Source of the DNA: an uncultured Acidobacteriota bacterium
GTDB lineage: Bacteria > Acidobacteriota > Vicinamibacteria > Vicinamibacterales > UBA8438
Direction of reading: 5' to 3'
Assembly (NCBI GenBank): GCA_913043225.1
Contig: CAJWLU010000011.1
Span: 32,001 to 96,000, forward strand
Length of the DNA stretch: 64,000 bases
This document shows positions 35,603 through 49,061 of the stretch, piece by piece; the stretch's first letter is position 1, and the number at the start of each line of letters is the position of its first letter. The notes under the pieces were generated by a model. The model saw only the letters and a list, made by a program, of their open reading frames with translations. It was not told the DNA's origin and searched no databases. Position numbers and translations under genes: made by a program.

Positions 35603-37606
35603 TCACGTGAACGCTTGACCCGGACTCTTCAACGTCGCAATCTTGTCCCGCAACGCCGCCGCTCGCTCGAACTCGAGGTTCGCAGCCGCCTCCCGCATCT
35701 CGGCGTCGAGCTGGCTTAGATGCTCGTCTAGCTCGGCCCGGCTGCCGAACTCTTCGGCTCGCTCCTTCGCCACCGGTACCGTGACATAGTCCTGCTCGTA
35801 GACGCTCAACAGCACGTCGTCGATCTCCTTGACGATCGACGCAGGCGTGATGCCGTTCTCGGTGTTGAACGCTTCTTGTAGAGTCCGCCGGCGCGTCATC
35901 TCATCCAGCGCGGCCTTCATCGAGTTTGTCACCACGTCCGCATACATGATCACCTGCCCCTTGACATTGCGAGCGGCTCGACCCGCGGTCTGAATCAACG
36001 CCCCCGAAGAACGTAGAAAACCCTCTTTGTCAGCATCCAGAATGGCCACGAGCGAAACCTCCGGGAGGTCGAGGCCTTCTCGGAGCAAATTGATCCCCAC
36101 CAAAACGTCGAACGAACCACGTCGCAGATCGCGCAGGATCTGGACCCGCTCCAGCGTCTCGACCTCCGAATGCAGGTAGCGTACCCGGACTCCGAGCTCC
36201 TGATAGAACTGCGTCAGGTCCTCGGCCATCCGCTTGGTCAGGGTGGTCACCAACACCCGCTCCCCGCATTTGGCGCGCTCGCGAATCTGGTGCAGGAGAT
36301 CGTCGACCTGCCCTTTGACCGGTCTGACGTCAACCTCTGGGTCGACGAGGCCTGTCGGTCGAATGATCTGCTCGACCACGACGCCATGGCTCCGATCGAG
36401 CTCGTAGGGCCCTGGAGTGGCCGAGACACAGACCACCTGCCCCACCCGACTCTCCCATTCGGCGAAATTCAGCGGACGGTTGTCAAGCGCCGACGGCAGG
36501 CGGAACCCGAACTCGACGAGCACTTCCTTCCGAGACCGGTCGCCGTGATACATGCCACGAACCTGCGGCACAGTCTGGTGGCTCTCGTCAACGATGGTCA
36601 GCGCGTCGGGCGGCAGGTAGTCCAGGAGCGTGGGCGGCGGTTCGCCCTCGGCTCGCCCAGAAAGGTGGCGCGCGTAGTTCTCGACGCCGTGACAGTAGCC
36701 GATCTCGCGCATCATCTCGATGTCGAACATGGTCCGCTGATGGAGCCGTTGGGCCTCAAGCACTTTCCCTAAAGACTCGAGCTGCCCCCGTCGTTCCTCC
36801 AGCTCGGCCTTAATCGACTCGGCCGCCTGTAGCGTACGCTCGCGGGGCGTGACAAAGTGCGACTTCGGATACACGGCGACCTTGTCGTGATGTCTGAGGG
36901 TATGCCCGGTGAGGGGATCGAAGGTGACCAGCTCGTCGACCTCGTCGCCAAACAGCCCGATCCGTAGCGCCGCGTTCTCGTAGGAAGGGAAAACCTCAAC
37001 AACATCGCCACGCACCCTGAACGTGCCACGGGCGAAGTCGTGGTCATTCCGCTCGTACTGAATCTCAACCAGCTTCCGCAGCACCCATTCCCGCTCGAGG
37101 CGTTGACCTCGCTCGAGTGGCAACATCATGCCGTAATAGGCCTCTGGTGATCCGAGACCGTAGATGCAAGAAACGCTCGCCACGATCAGCACATCACGTC
37201 GCTCGAAGAGCGAGCGCGTGGCCGACAGCCGCATCCGATCGATCTCGTCGTTGATGGTAGCTTCCTTCTCGATATATGAGTCGGTCGTCGGGACGTAGGC
37301 CTCCGGTTGGTAGTAGTCGTAGTAGCTGACGAAGTACTCGACCGCATTGTCTGGGAAGAACCGTTTGAACTCGAGGAAGAGCTGGGCGGCCAGTGTCTTG
37401 TTGTGGACCATCACCAGAGTGGGCCGGTTCAATCGTGCGACGACCTGCGCCATGGTGAATGTCTTCCCCGAACCGGTCACCCCCAGCAAGACCTGGTGTG
37501 GATCACCACGTTCGAGGCCATCGGTCAGCTCCTTGACGGCGCGCGGCTGATCACCACGCAGCTCGAAGTCGGTGACAAGCGAGAAACGGTCGTCGGAGGA
37601 GGACAT
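35603..37606 (-). CDS. uvrB: Excinuclease ABC subunit B
   Basis: [36 protein letters not shown] and the C-terminal UVR domain; start reassigned to ATG 37606. Confidence 0.97.
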   Translation of the reverse strand: MSSSDDRFSLVTDFELRGDQPRAVKELTDGLERGDPHQVLLGVTGSGKTFTMAQVVARLNRPTLVMVHNKTLAAQLFLEFKRFFPDNAVEYFVSYYDYYQPEAYVPTTDSYIEKEATINDEIDRMRLSATRSLFERRDVLIVASVSCIYGLGSPEAYYGMMLPLERGQRLEREWVLRKLVEIQYERNDHDFARGTFRVRGDVVEVFPSYENAALRIGLFGDEVDELVTFDPLTGHTLRHHDKVAVYPKSHFVTPRERTLQAAESIKAELEERRGQLESLGKVLEAQRLHQRTMFDIEMMREIGYCHGVENYARHLSGRAEGEPPPTLLDYLPPDALTIVDESHQTVPQVRGMYHGDRSRKEVLVEFGFRLPSALDNRPLNFAEWESRVGQVVCVSATPGPYELDRSHGVVVEQIIRPTGLVDPEVDVRPVKGQVDDLLHQIRERAKCGERVLVTTLTKRMAEDLTQFYQELGVRVRYLHSEVETLERVQILRDLRRGSFDVLVGINLLREGLDLPEVSLVAILDADKEGFLRSSGALIQTAGRAARNVKGQVIMYADVVTNSMKAALDEMTRRRTLQEAFNTENGITPASIVKEIDDVLLSVYEQDYVTVPVAKERAEEFGSRAELDEHLSQLDAEMREAAANLEFERAAALRDKIATLKSPGQAFT

Positions 37607-37659
37607 CTTGTGGCCGGTCGCCTCATGGCGACCGGCGAGGGCTTTGAGGCTTTGGGTTG

Positions 37660-37983
37660 TCACCGACCGTCTTCGTCGTGCTCGATCCAGGGGACAAAGT
37701 AGCCCTCGCGAGCTCGGATGCGGGGGTCTGAAAGCTCCGGGGAGGCGAGGGTAACTTCTACCCGCCGCCAACTTCCGTCGGTGATCGGATCAGACGAGCC
37801 GTGACCGAGCGCATAACGGTCGGCAAGTTCCACCCCGACCTTGTCGTAGATTTCTTCTAGGTCGTCGGCGGTGTCCGTGAAGCAGATGCGGCCGACGGTC
37901 CGAAACAGAGACTGGGCGACGGCGGCGCAGGCTACCGCAAGTGCGGCGAAACAGAGGGCGATCCGGCTTGGCAGCGACAGCAT
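37660..37983 (-). pseudogene. Internally deleted acidobacterial VWA-domain (VWFA-related) protein
   Basis: Signal peptide and AQSLFRT joined directly to the C-terminal block (GRICF...DDLEEIYDKVGVELADRYALG...DGSWRRVEV...IRAREGYF); the MIDAS core is missing. Confidence 0.7.
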
Positions 37984-38167
37984 AGACCGCTGGCATCTTA
38001 CCCGATCGACGGCGAGACCCTAGCGACGACAATCGCTACTACGCCCTTGAGGACAGGGCGTATAATCTGGCACTTGGTGGACTTTCGAAAAGTGCAACTG
38101 TCGCGGCTGGTCGGCACCTGTCTCTGGTGCCGAATCCGGAGCTAAGACGAAAGGCTACGACTACGTC

Positions 38168-39637
38168 ATGAAGTGCGTCGCGGTGTGCCAGGACGAGACG
38201 GTTGTCCGGATCCTGGCCAAAGCACTTCCCTCCTCCTTCGAGACAGAGTTCATCGTCGAGGACCGTCTGCTCGCCCGACGGCTCAGCGAATGCGACATCA
38301 CCGTCCGTGTGGGGGACTCGCGGAAGGTGGACACTTTCCTGAAGGCCAAGGTCGACCCCAGCACCTGTGTGTTGGTGGAAGATACCGGACGCCGGAGCCC
38401 ACACCGAACGATCGAGACCATCCGAGACGCAGGTGGCACCTTGATTTACCTGCTCGACGTCGGGCATCCGCTGAGTCCGAAGCGCCGGCGGGAAGCGAAG
38501 CCACACGAAGCCGATGTCGGCCACCTGGCGCTCGCCGACCTGCTTGTAGGCGAGCTCGGCGTCCGGCTGGAACGCTCGATGACCCGAGCTCGGGTCGAGC
38601 AGTATCAACGCTATCTCGCCGACGCCGACCGAGTGCTCATCCTCCTGCACAATGATCCTGACCCCGATGCCATAGCCAGCGGATTGGCGATGCGAAACCT
38701 GCTGCACCGTACCAAGACCACGGCAATCATCGGGACATTCCAGGGGATGACGAGGCCAGAGAACCTACGGATGGCCAACCTGTTGGACATCCGCGTGGAG
38801 CTGTTAGAGCGGCAATCGCTCGGCAGCTTCGACCGGATTGTCACGGTGGACGTCCAGCCGCACTACTTCGGCGGACTGATCGACAAGGTCGATCTGGTGA
38901 TCGACCATCATCCTGAGCGAACTGGGTACAACTCAGCCTTCAAGGACATCCGTCCCGATTACGGCTCAACCTGCACGATTCTCACCGAGCACCTGCGCGC
39001 CATCGACGTAAACATCTCCGAGCGGACCGCCACGGCGATGCTTTACGCAATCAAGTCCGACACCTTGTTTCTGTCACGGCAGACCCACGAACCGGACCTC
39101 GACGCGTTCAGATTCCTGTATCCGCTCGCAAACGCAGCGCTCGTGCGGAAGATGGAGGGGGCCGAGACGACCATCGAGCGACTAAACTGCATCGCCGATG
39201 CCGTGCACCAGGGCGCGGCTGGGCAGACGCTCTACACGACGCACCTGGGCGAAGTGGCTCGGGAGGATCTCGTCGCCTATGTGGCCGACTTCCTGCTACA
39301 GGTCGAGGAGATCAAGTGGTCGATCGTTTCCGGGATCGTCCACAGTGACGTCGTGATCTCGGTCCGAAACCTGGGAAGTTCCCGGCACGCCGGTGAGTTC
39401 GTGAAACAAAACTTCGGCGACGTCGGGAGTGCGGGAGGCCACCGCGCAATGGCCAAGGCGGTGGTGCCAGTGGTCCGCTTCACAGAGAAGTTCGGTACGA
39501 CCGCACCCAAGCGGATCATCGAGATTCTCGACCATCTAGGTCGCAACTTCGTGGGATCACCCGCTCCGCCAGATCAGGCTGCAGCGACGCCGATTACGGC
39601 CGGGACGTCGCCGCCGACTCGATCCGCTCTCCGCTAG
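38168..39637 (+). CDS. DHH-family phosphoesterase with an N-terminal TrkA_N/RCK-like domain
   Basis: HNDPDPDA, VD, IDHH, IKSDT and SAGGH motifs; N-terminal GDSRKVDTFLKA. Confidence 0.88.
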   Translation: MKCVAVCQDETVVRILAKALPSSFETEFIVEDRLLARRLSECDITVRVGDSRKVDTFLKAKVDPSTCVLVEDTGRRSPHRTIETIRDAGGTLIYLLDVGHPLSPKRRREAKPHEADVGHLALADLLVGELGVRLERSMTRARVEQYQRYLADADRVLILLHNDPDPDAIASGLAMRNLLHRTKTTAIIGTFQGMTRPENLRMANLLDIRVELLERQSLGSFDRIVTVDVQPHYFGGLIDKVDLVIDHHPERTGYNSAFKDIRPDYGSTCTILTEHLRAIDVNISERTATAMLYAIKSDTLFLSRQTHEPDLDAFRFLYPLANAALVRKMEGAETTIERLNCIADAVHQGAAGQTLYTTHLGEVAREDLVAYVADFLLQVEEIKWSIVSGIVHSDVVISVRNLGSSRHAGEFVKQNFGDVGSAGGHRAMAKAVVPVVRFTEKFGTTAPKRIIEILDHLGRNFVGSPAPPDQAAATPITAGTSPPTRSALR

Positions 39638-41033
39638 CCCCTACCACCGGCCCGACGAACTGTTGGTGCCCGTCATCGTAGCCGCGCTCCTGCAATTCGG
39701 CCAGAGTGTGCATACGGTCGGATCGCGGGTCGTAGCAGCCGCCGAAGTCGAACGGACCGACAGGGTTATGGACGGGACGAATCTCGAAGGCGGCCTTAAA
39801 GTGTGACCTCCGAGCAAGCAGGGCGTCCCGCTCGGCCGTCGCTTCGAGCGTCGCCAGCGCCTCTCCCAACCGTCCTCTCCCGTCTCGACGGGTTGGTGCC
39901 AACTGGCGGGGGCCGGCGGGCGGCGCCAACGCGGACACGAAGATCACCTGCTCGGCACCGGCCCGAGCCACCTCCTCCAGCACGCGACCGATACTCCCGG
40001 GCCGATCGCACAACCGATGAGTCTCGCCACGCCATACGGTCCGCGATCCAAAGCGGACCGGCCAGGGTTCGGTCAGCGCCGGCAGACTGAGGGCGGCCGC
40101 AAGGGCATCGAACCCGTGCCGCTGAGCTTCGCCGGCCAGGTCGATCCGCTCGAGCACACGATCCTCTGGCTCGGCGCCTGGACGGTCGTATCCGGCCCCA
40201 AGCAACGAAAAGACCAGGTCGCGTCTAGCGTCGAGATCGTGGGTTACCACAAGCAGCTCTCGGAATCCTGGCTGGCCGAGGTTCTCCTTCAACAAATCGG
40301 TGAATCGCTGTCCAAGATCGGTCGGCCCTGGACGCGCGATGGACGCGGCTCCACGCATCAGCTGCCACAAGCCGTCGGCCAGCCAGCCCCGTGCGGTCAG
40401 CACATCGAGCGGCGTACCCGCCAGCGCCCACCAGAACCCGCTACGCGTGCGCCGACGCCGCCCCCCACGTATCCAGACCCGCACAGCGGCGGCCGCCAGC
40501 ACCCCGAGCAGCACGACAAGCCCCAACACAACCACCCGAGGGAGCCAGGTAGGTAGAATCATCGGCGAGAACACCCATTCAACGAACTGGCCAAACCCCA
40601 TGGTGAGCCACACGTCCCCGCCGACACCAAGGACACGCAGCAGGTAGGCGACCGGGTAAACCGCGGCCGCGACCACCACACCGACCATCGGCAACAACAC
40701 CACGGTCAGCGTCACCGCGAGTACCCACGCCGCCATCCGCAGCGCGGTACGCCAGCCATACAGGCGCCGCGCGCTCGAACCGCCCCAGAGCCCTCCGGAC
40801 GCCCAGAGACGCTCGGCACCGTCGACCGACATGAATGCCGCCCCCACCACGCCGATGCCACGACCGGCCACCAGGTCGACCTTCACGCCCGCTTCATGCA
40901 GGGCGCGGACCACGCCGGCGTGATAGGCGCCAGCCGTACCGGTCCCATTCAAAACCAGCGCGGTGCGTCGGTGAGGGGAATAGCCGGTTTCGACAGACGG
41001 TGTCGACGCGGGCGACATCGATTCGGCGGTCAC
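39594..41033 (-). CDS. Patatin-like membrane protein with degenerate catalytic motifs
   Basis: ALVLNGTGTAGAYHAGV glycine-rich motif; AGRGIG in place of GxSxG; internal TM helices. Confidence 0.75.
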   Translation of the reverse strand: MTAESMSPASTPSVETGYSPHRRTALVLNGTGTAGAYHAGVVRALHEAGVKVDLVAGRGIGVVGAAFMSVDGAERLWASGGLWGGSSARRLYGWRTALRMAAWVLAVTLTVVLLPMVGVVVAAAVYPVAYLLRVLGVGGDVWLTMGFGQFVEWVFSPMILPTWLPRVVVLGLVVLLGVLAAAAVRVWIRGGRRRRTRSGFWWALAGTPLDVLTARGWLADGLWQLMRGAASIARPGPTDLGQRFTDLLKENLGQPGFRELLVVTHDLDARRDLVFSLLGAGYDRPGAEPEDRVLERIDLAGEAQRHGFDALAAALSLPALTEPWPVRFGSRTVWRGETHRLCDRPGSIGRVLEEVARAGAEQVIFVSALAPPAGPRQLAPTRRDGRGRLGEALATLEATAERDALLARRSHFKAAFEIRPVHNPVGPFDFGGCYDPRSDRMHTLAELQERGYDDGHQQFVGPVVGASGERIESAATSRP

Positions 41034-41040
41034 CGGATGG

Positions 41041-41505
41041 TTACTCGCCGTGGATGGTCACGAGCTTCACGAGCTCGAATTCGCGCGTGCCGTTGGGCGT
41101 CGGCACCTCGACCTCGTCACCTTCTTCTTTCCCCACAAGGGCGCGGCCAATGGGAGACGCGGTGGAAATCCAGCCCTTCTCGGGGTCGGCGTCCTCTGGC
41201 ATCACGAGCTGGTAGACGACTTTGACGCCGCCAGCCTCCCGCAGGTGAACCTTCGAGCCGAATGCGACCTTATCGTTCGGGATCCGATCAAGATTCATAA
41301 GCGACAACTCAGCCACTCGCTTGTGCAGCATGGCAAGGCGTGCCTGAACAAACGACTGGCGCTCCTTGGCCGCCTGGTACTCGGCATTCTCCCGAAGGTC
41401 ACCGAGCTCACGCGCCCGCTTGATCTCCTTCGGCAGCTCGTTGTTGAGCTCCCGCTTCAGCTGGGAGATCTCGTCCTCGAACCGCTTGACTAATTCAGCC
41501 TTCAT
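41041..41505 (-). CDS. greA: Transcription elongation factor GreA
   Basis: ARELGDLRENAEYQAAK and ISTASPIGRALVGK; start reassigned to ATG 41505. Confidence 0.95.
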   Translation of the reverse strand: MKAELVKRFEDEISQLKRELNNELPKEIKRARELGDLRENAEYQAAKERQSFVQARLAMLHKRVAELSLMNLDRIPNDKVAFGSKVHLREAGGVKVVYQLVMPEDADPEKGWISTASPIGRALVGKEEGDEVEVPTPNGTREFELVKLVTIHGE

Positions 41506-41616
41506 TAGAGTTTCGCTGGTGTCCGCACAATGGCCGGACAAACCGTTACCATAGCACACTGCTCTGTCGCCGCTCGTCTTGCACCAGGTGCGGCCACACA
41601 CGCTCGAGACAATGCC

Positions 41617-42420
41617 TTGGAGATCATCACCAGTCGCCGTAACCCGATCGTAACCCGATGCCGCGACGCCGCCCGCACGAACGGGCCGGACGGTCCTATG
41701 CTGCTCGAAGGTCGGCATCTCGTCGATGAAGCGTTGGCCGCCGAGCTACCGCTCGAGCTCGTGCTCGTCACGGCTGAAACGACCAAGGACGCAGACAGCG
41801 CCGGACGGCTACAGCACCTCGAACGGGTCACCCGGGTGGTCCAGGTGCCAGTCCCCGTCATGGCAGCCGCTAGCCCGGCTGACAGCCCGAGCGGCCTGCT
41901 CGCGCTGGCGGACCGACCTGCGGTGACCCTTGAGATCGCCCTAGCGGGCGTCACGCCACTCGTCGTCGCGCTCGTCGGCGTCCAGGATCCCGGGAACACC
42001 GGCGCCGTGATTCGCGCCGTGGAAGCTGGCGGCGCTACCGGCGTGGTAACCGTCGGCGGAGCGGACCCGTTTGGGTGGAAGGCGTTGCGAGGAGCGATGG
42101 GCAGCACGCTACGGGTGCCGATCGCCCGCACCCGGGATATCGCGACGCTGTCGGTAGCCGCGAGCGCTAGACCACTCCGTACCCTGGCCGCGGTGCCGCG
42201 AGGCGGCACGCCGATCACCCAAGCCGACCTCGCGCGACCGACCCTGCTCTGTTTTGGCGGCGAGGGCGGGTTCGACCAGGACACCGTGGGAAAGGCGGAT
42301 GAACGGATCTCGATCCCTATGCGCCCACCGGTCGAATCACTGAACTTGGCGGTCGCCTCGGCGCTCGTGATCTACGAGGCAGCTCGACAGCGGAGCGCCA
42401 GACCGGTGGACACCCGATGA
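41617..42420 (+). CDS. TrmH/SpoU-family RNA methyltransferase
   Basis: ITSRRNP, QDPGNTGAVIR, RGAMGS, FGGEG and ESLNLAVA; probable TTG start at 41617. Confidence 0.92.
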   Translation: MEIITSRRNPIVTRCRDAARTNGPDGPMLLEGRHLVDEALAAELPLELVLVTAETTKDADSAGRLQHLERVTRVVQVPVPVMAAASPADSPSGLLALADRPAVTLEIALAGVTPLVVALVGVQDPGNTGAVIRAVEAGGATGVVTVGGADPFGWKALRGAMGSTLRVPIARTRDIATLSVAASARPLRTLAAVPRGGTPITQADLARPTLLCFGGEGGFDQDTVGKADERISIPMRPPVESLNLAVASALVIYEAARQRSARPVDTR

Positions 42421-43811
42421 GTGGCTCGCTCTTCGACGACCCGACCATGACCCGGCCACCCAGCGACGGTCCATTGGCGGACCGGATGCGCCCACGCCAC
42501 TTCGACGAGCTGGTCGGTCAAGAGCAACTCCTGGGCCCCGACCGCCCCCTACGGCAAGCCATCGAGCGAGATACGCTGCAGTCGATCATCCTGTGGGGAC
42601 CGCCAGGTAGCGGCAAGACGACGCTTGCCCGGCTAATCGCGGCGACGACCGCGTCCAAGTTCGTGGCGTTCAGCGCTGTCCTCTCCGGCATCAAGGAGAT
42701 CCGAGCGGTAATGGCCGAGGCCGAGCAGGCTCGCCACCTCGGCTCGCGACGAACCATTCTGTTTATCGACGAGATCCATCGCTTCAACAAGGCCCAACAG
42801 GACGCGTTCCTCCCGCGCGTCGAAGCAGGCGACATTGCCCTGGTGGGAGCCACTACCGAGAACCCCTCCTTCGAGGTGAACGCGGCGCTCCTCTCCCGGT
42901 CTCAGGTGTACGTCCTGGAGCCGCTGAACGCCGAGGCAGTCATCACGCTCCTCCGAAGGGCGCTAGCGGATGAGGAACGCGGCCTCGGAAAGGCACCACT
43001 CCGGGTCGACGAAGAGGCGCTCACAGCAATCGCGACACACGCCAATGGCGATGCTCGCGTCGCCCTCAACCTATTGGAGCTCGGCGCGTCTGCCGCGGCG
43101 GCCCCGCACCCGACCTCCGACCACGAGGCACACCTCGACCTAACACTCCTGTCCGAGGTCACACAGAGACGGGCGCTGCTGTATGACAAGACCGGGGAAG
43201 AGCACTACAACCTCATCTCGGCGCTCCACAAGTCGCTGCGCAACAGCGACCCCGACGCCGCCGTGTACTGGCTCGCTCGGATGGTGGAAGCAGGAGAAGA
43301 TCCGCTCTACATCGCTCGGCGGCTGGTCCGCTTCGCATCCGAGGATGTCGGTAACGCGGACCCCCAGGCCCTGACCGTGGCCGTGGCGGCAAAAGAGGCG
43401 GTACACTTCGTCGGCATGCCGGAGGGCAACACCGTGCTGGCGCAGGCGGCCATCTATCTGGCCTCTGCGCCCAAGAGCAACGCGGTCTACACTGCGTACA
43501 ACAAGGCTGCTACCGACGCCCATCGCGAGTCCGCGGACCCAGTGCCCCTCCACTTACGCAACGCGCCAACTCGACTAATGAAGCAGCTAGACTACGGGAA
43601 GGGCTACCGCTACGCCCACGACGAGCCGAATGCGGTCGCCCCCATGGACTGCCTCCCGCCGTCGGTCGCGGGCACCCGCTACTACACGCCGACGACCAGA
43701 GGCTTCGAACGGGAACTGGGACGACGACTCGACGCGTGGCGCGACCTCAAGGCGAAGCGGCGGACCGCAGGACAACGAGATATGCCGGACCCACAACCGT
43801 CGGATCCGTAG
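42417..43811 (+). CDS. rarA: Replication-associated recombination protein A (MgsA/RarA)
   Basis: [37 protein letters not shown] and ISALHKSLR. Confidence 0.96.
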   Translation: MSGSLFDDPTMTRPPSDGPLADRMRPRHFDELVGQEQLLGPDRPLRQAIERDTLQSIILWGPPGSGKTTLARLIAATTASKFVAFSAVLSGIKEIRAVMAEAEQARHLGSRRTILFIDEIHRFNKAQQDAFLPRVEAGDIALVGATTENPSFEVNAALLSRSQVYVLEPLNAEAVITLLRRALADEERGLGKAPLRVDEEALTAIATHANGDARVALNLLELGASAAAAPHPTSDHEAHLDLTLLSEVTQRRALLYDKTGEEHYNLISALHKSLRNSDPDAAVYWLARMVEAGEDPLYIARRLVRFASEDVGNADPQALTVAVAAKEAVHFVGMPEGNTVLAQAAIYLASAPKSNAVYTAYNKAATDAHRESADPVPLHLRNAPTRLMKQLDYGKGYRYAHDEPNAVAPMDCLPPSVAGTRYYTPTTRGFERELGRRLDAWRDLKAKRRTAGQRDMPDPQPSDP

Positions 43812-43813
43812 GC

Positions 43814-43984
43814 ATGCCCGGAACGCTCTACTACGTCGGTCGCGGACTGCAGCTGCTGGGGATGGCGGCGCTTCTCGAGGCGATCCTGATCGCAGGGCCA
43901 ATGGGCCCCAGCCCGCGGATCTTTGGATTCGGGGTGGCCGTGTTCATCGTGGGGCACCTGATCGTCAAGCGCACGAGCGGCTAA
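43814..43984 (+). CDS. Small two-TM membrane protein
   Basis: 56-aa ORF (MPGTLYYVGRGLQLLGM...) directly after the rarA stop. Confidence 0.65.
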   Translation: MPGTLYYVGRGLQLLGMAALLEAILIAGPMGPSPRIFGFGVAVFIVGHLIVKRTSG

Positions 43985-44009
43985 CAAGACAGCGACCAAA
44001 CCGCGAGAC

Positions 44010-44288
44010 CTACTCGAGGCTCACCCTCACCACCTCGTAGTCCAGATCGATACCGACCACCGAGTCGCCGCCGAGTCGCATGGCTTCTTCCCTGAACTCG
44101 CCGAACGCGATCTGGCGGGCGCGTTGCGGTTCCGTTCCGTAGGCGCCCGACCTGTCCGCGACGATGCCGCGGATCTTCGCGAGGAGGTCCCTGAAGATGT
44201 TGGCACCAACGATCGCGTCGCCGGTGACGACACCGCGGCAGGTCCGGACCCTTCGGCCTGCGACTGATGGGGTGGCCGTCGGGACCAT
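44010..44288 (-). pseudogene. YbjQ/UPF0145 family gene, truncated and decaying
   Basis: GANIFRD and VVGIDLDYEV retained, but IVGGRS appears as IVADRS, and a TAG precedes the expected MLMVSASGTAV C-terminal strand. Confidence 0.7.
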
Positions 44289-44373
44289 GTGGCGTCCTTC
44301 TCGACCCATTAGCCATGCCCGGCCCCACCGGATCGGTCCAGGCTCCGTGCCCTAATACAGCCGGCAGCTACCC

Positions 44374-46166
44374 TCAAATCCGCTCGAAGCGGCGTTCAAT
44401 CTCTCGACGAGACAGACGGAGTACGACCGGTCGACCGTGCGGACACACCGACGAGTGGGCCGTCCTACGCAGTTCGTCGAGGATGTAGACCATTTTCTCT
44501 GGAGTGAGACGGTCGTGCGCCTTGACGGCCGCGTGACAGGCCGTGGTCGCCGCCACCTGACGGAGCGCCTGGTCCACGGGGCCGCCCTCTTCAAATCCGT
44601 CGAGGTCCAGGGCCAGCGCACGAATCGTCACTTCCGAAGCGGCGATCGGCACGAGCGCCGGCACCGCCGCCACGCACACACTGTCGCCGCCGAACTCCTC
44701 CACCTCGAACCCCAGACGCGTGAGCGCCACCTGGTGCTGCCCGAGCGCCTGTCGCTCGGCCGGGGACAACTCCAGCACCAGCGGCGTCAGCAACCGCTGG
44801 CTCTCCAGGGGACCGGCGGTCAAACGCTCCATCACCTGCTCGAACAACACCCGCTCGTGAGCGACGTGCTGGTCGATGATGGCAATCCCTTCGTCATCGA
44901 CCGCGATAATGAACGTGTCGCGGAACTGGCCGAGCGGTAACATCGATCGTCCGGTAGGCACCGGCGCCGGCGCCATAGCCGCCGGCCGCATGTCACGTAC
45001 CAGATCGGTGAGCGACTGGGGCGGTGCGAATCCAGTAGATCCCGGACCGTCGGTTGACGTCGCGGTGTCGGCCAGCACAGCGACAGGCTGCGTCCACGGC
45101 CCGGGCGACGCCTCCGCGGCCGGGCCCGGCGCCCTGGTGGGAGCGGCCTCCAGCGCAACCTCCGGAGCCGGGCTGTCGGCCAGGGCGTCGCCCAGTGCCC
45201 GGCGCAGTACCTCGTGCACGAGCGAGGGCTCCAGGAATCGAACCTCGGCCTTGGCCGGATGCACGTTCACGTCGACGCGATCAGGTGGCAGCTCAAAGAA
45301 CAGGTGCACCTCCGGACTCCGCTCCTTGATGGTGGCGGCGCTATAGGCGTGGGTGATAGCGTGCGCGATAGTCCGGTCCTTGACGGCGCGACCATTCACG
45401 AACAGATTCTGCGGTCCCCTGACCGGCCCGTGACCCTGCCCGGCCAACCCCGCCGCAAAGCCGCGCACCGACACACCCGCCGCGGTCTTCTGCACCTCGA
45501 CCAAATGGTCCCGCGATTTGTAGAGTTGAAAAAGCCGCTCATCAAGCTCGGTCGCCGACGGACACTGCAGCAAGCGGCGGCTTCCACTCGCGAGGGTGAA
45601 ACCGACCTCTGGGTAACCGAGCGCAAGCTGCGTCATCAGCCTGGAGATCTGGGTGGTTTCGGCCCCATCCGACTTAAGGAACTTCCGGCGGGCGGGGACG
45701 TTGCAGAAGAGGTCGATCACCTCGATCGTCGTCCCCTCCGATGCACCTACCTCACGGGTGGCCGTAGTCACTCCTGCCGAGACCCGGATCTCGACTCCTC
45801 TGTCGGCGCCGCGAGGGCGGGTGCGCAGAAGCAGATTCGACACCGAGGCGATGCTGGGGAGCGCCTCGCCCCGGAAGCCCAAGGTAGAGATGGCGGCCAA
45901 GTCTTCGAGCCGGCGGATCTTGCTCGTCGCGTGACGCTCGAGTGCGAGGGCCGCCTCCTCAGCGGTCATCCCCTCGCCGTCATCCTCCACCCGGATCAGC
46001 CGCTTGCCCCCTAGTTCGACGGCGACCGCGATGCGGCGCGCGCCGGCGTCGATAGCATTCTCGACGAGCTCCTTGACCACCGAGGCGGGCCGCTCCACGA
46101 CCTCCCCCGCCGCGATCTGGTTGGCGAGCTCTGTCGACAGTCGCGTGATCTTCGAAGGACGGTCGC

Positions 46167-46170
<4 letters not shown>
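44374..46170 (-). CDS. mutL: DNA mismatch repair endonuclease MutL
   Basis: IAAGEVVERP, KELVENAIDAG, GFRGEAL, DVNVHP, DQHVAHER and CPHGRP. Confidence 0.97.
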
Positions 46171-49022
<2,852 letters not shown>

Positions 49023-49061
49023 GTCTCTCTCACGCGCGTCGGGTGCTGCGTTCGGCGTCGA

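Noticed and set aside
14393..44288. TAG read-through (pyrrolysine or recoding) suggested by in-frame TAGs at 14492, 21163 and 44010
   Set aside because: TAG is the normal stop of many intact genes here (for example at 2557, 4611 and 11573), and the affected frames show other signs of decay, so pseudogenisation is the simpler explanation.
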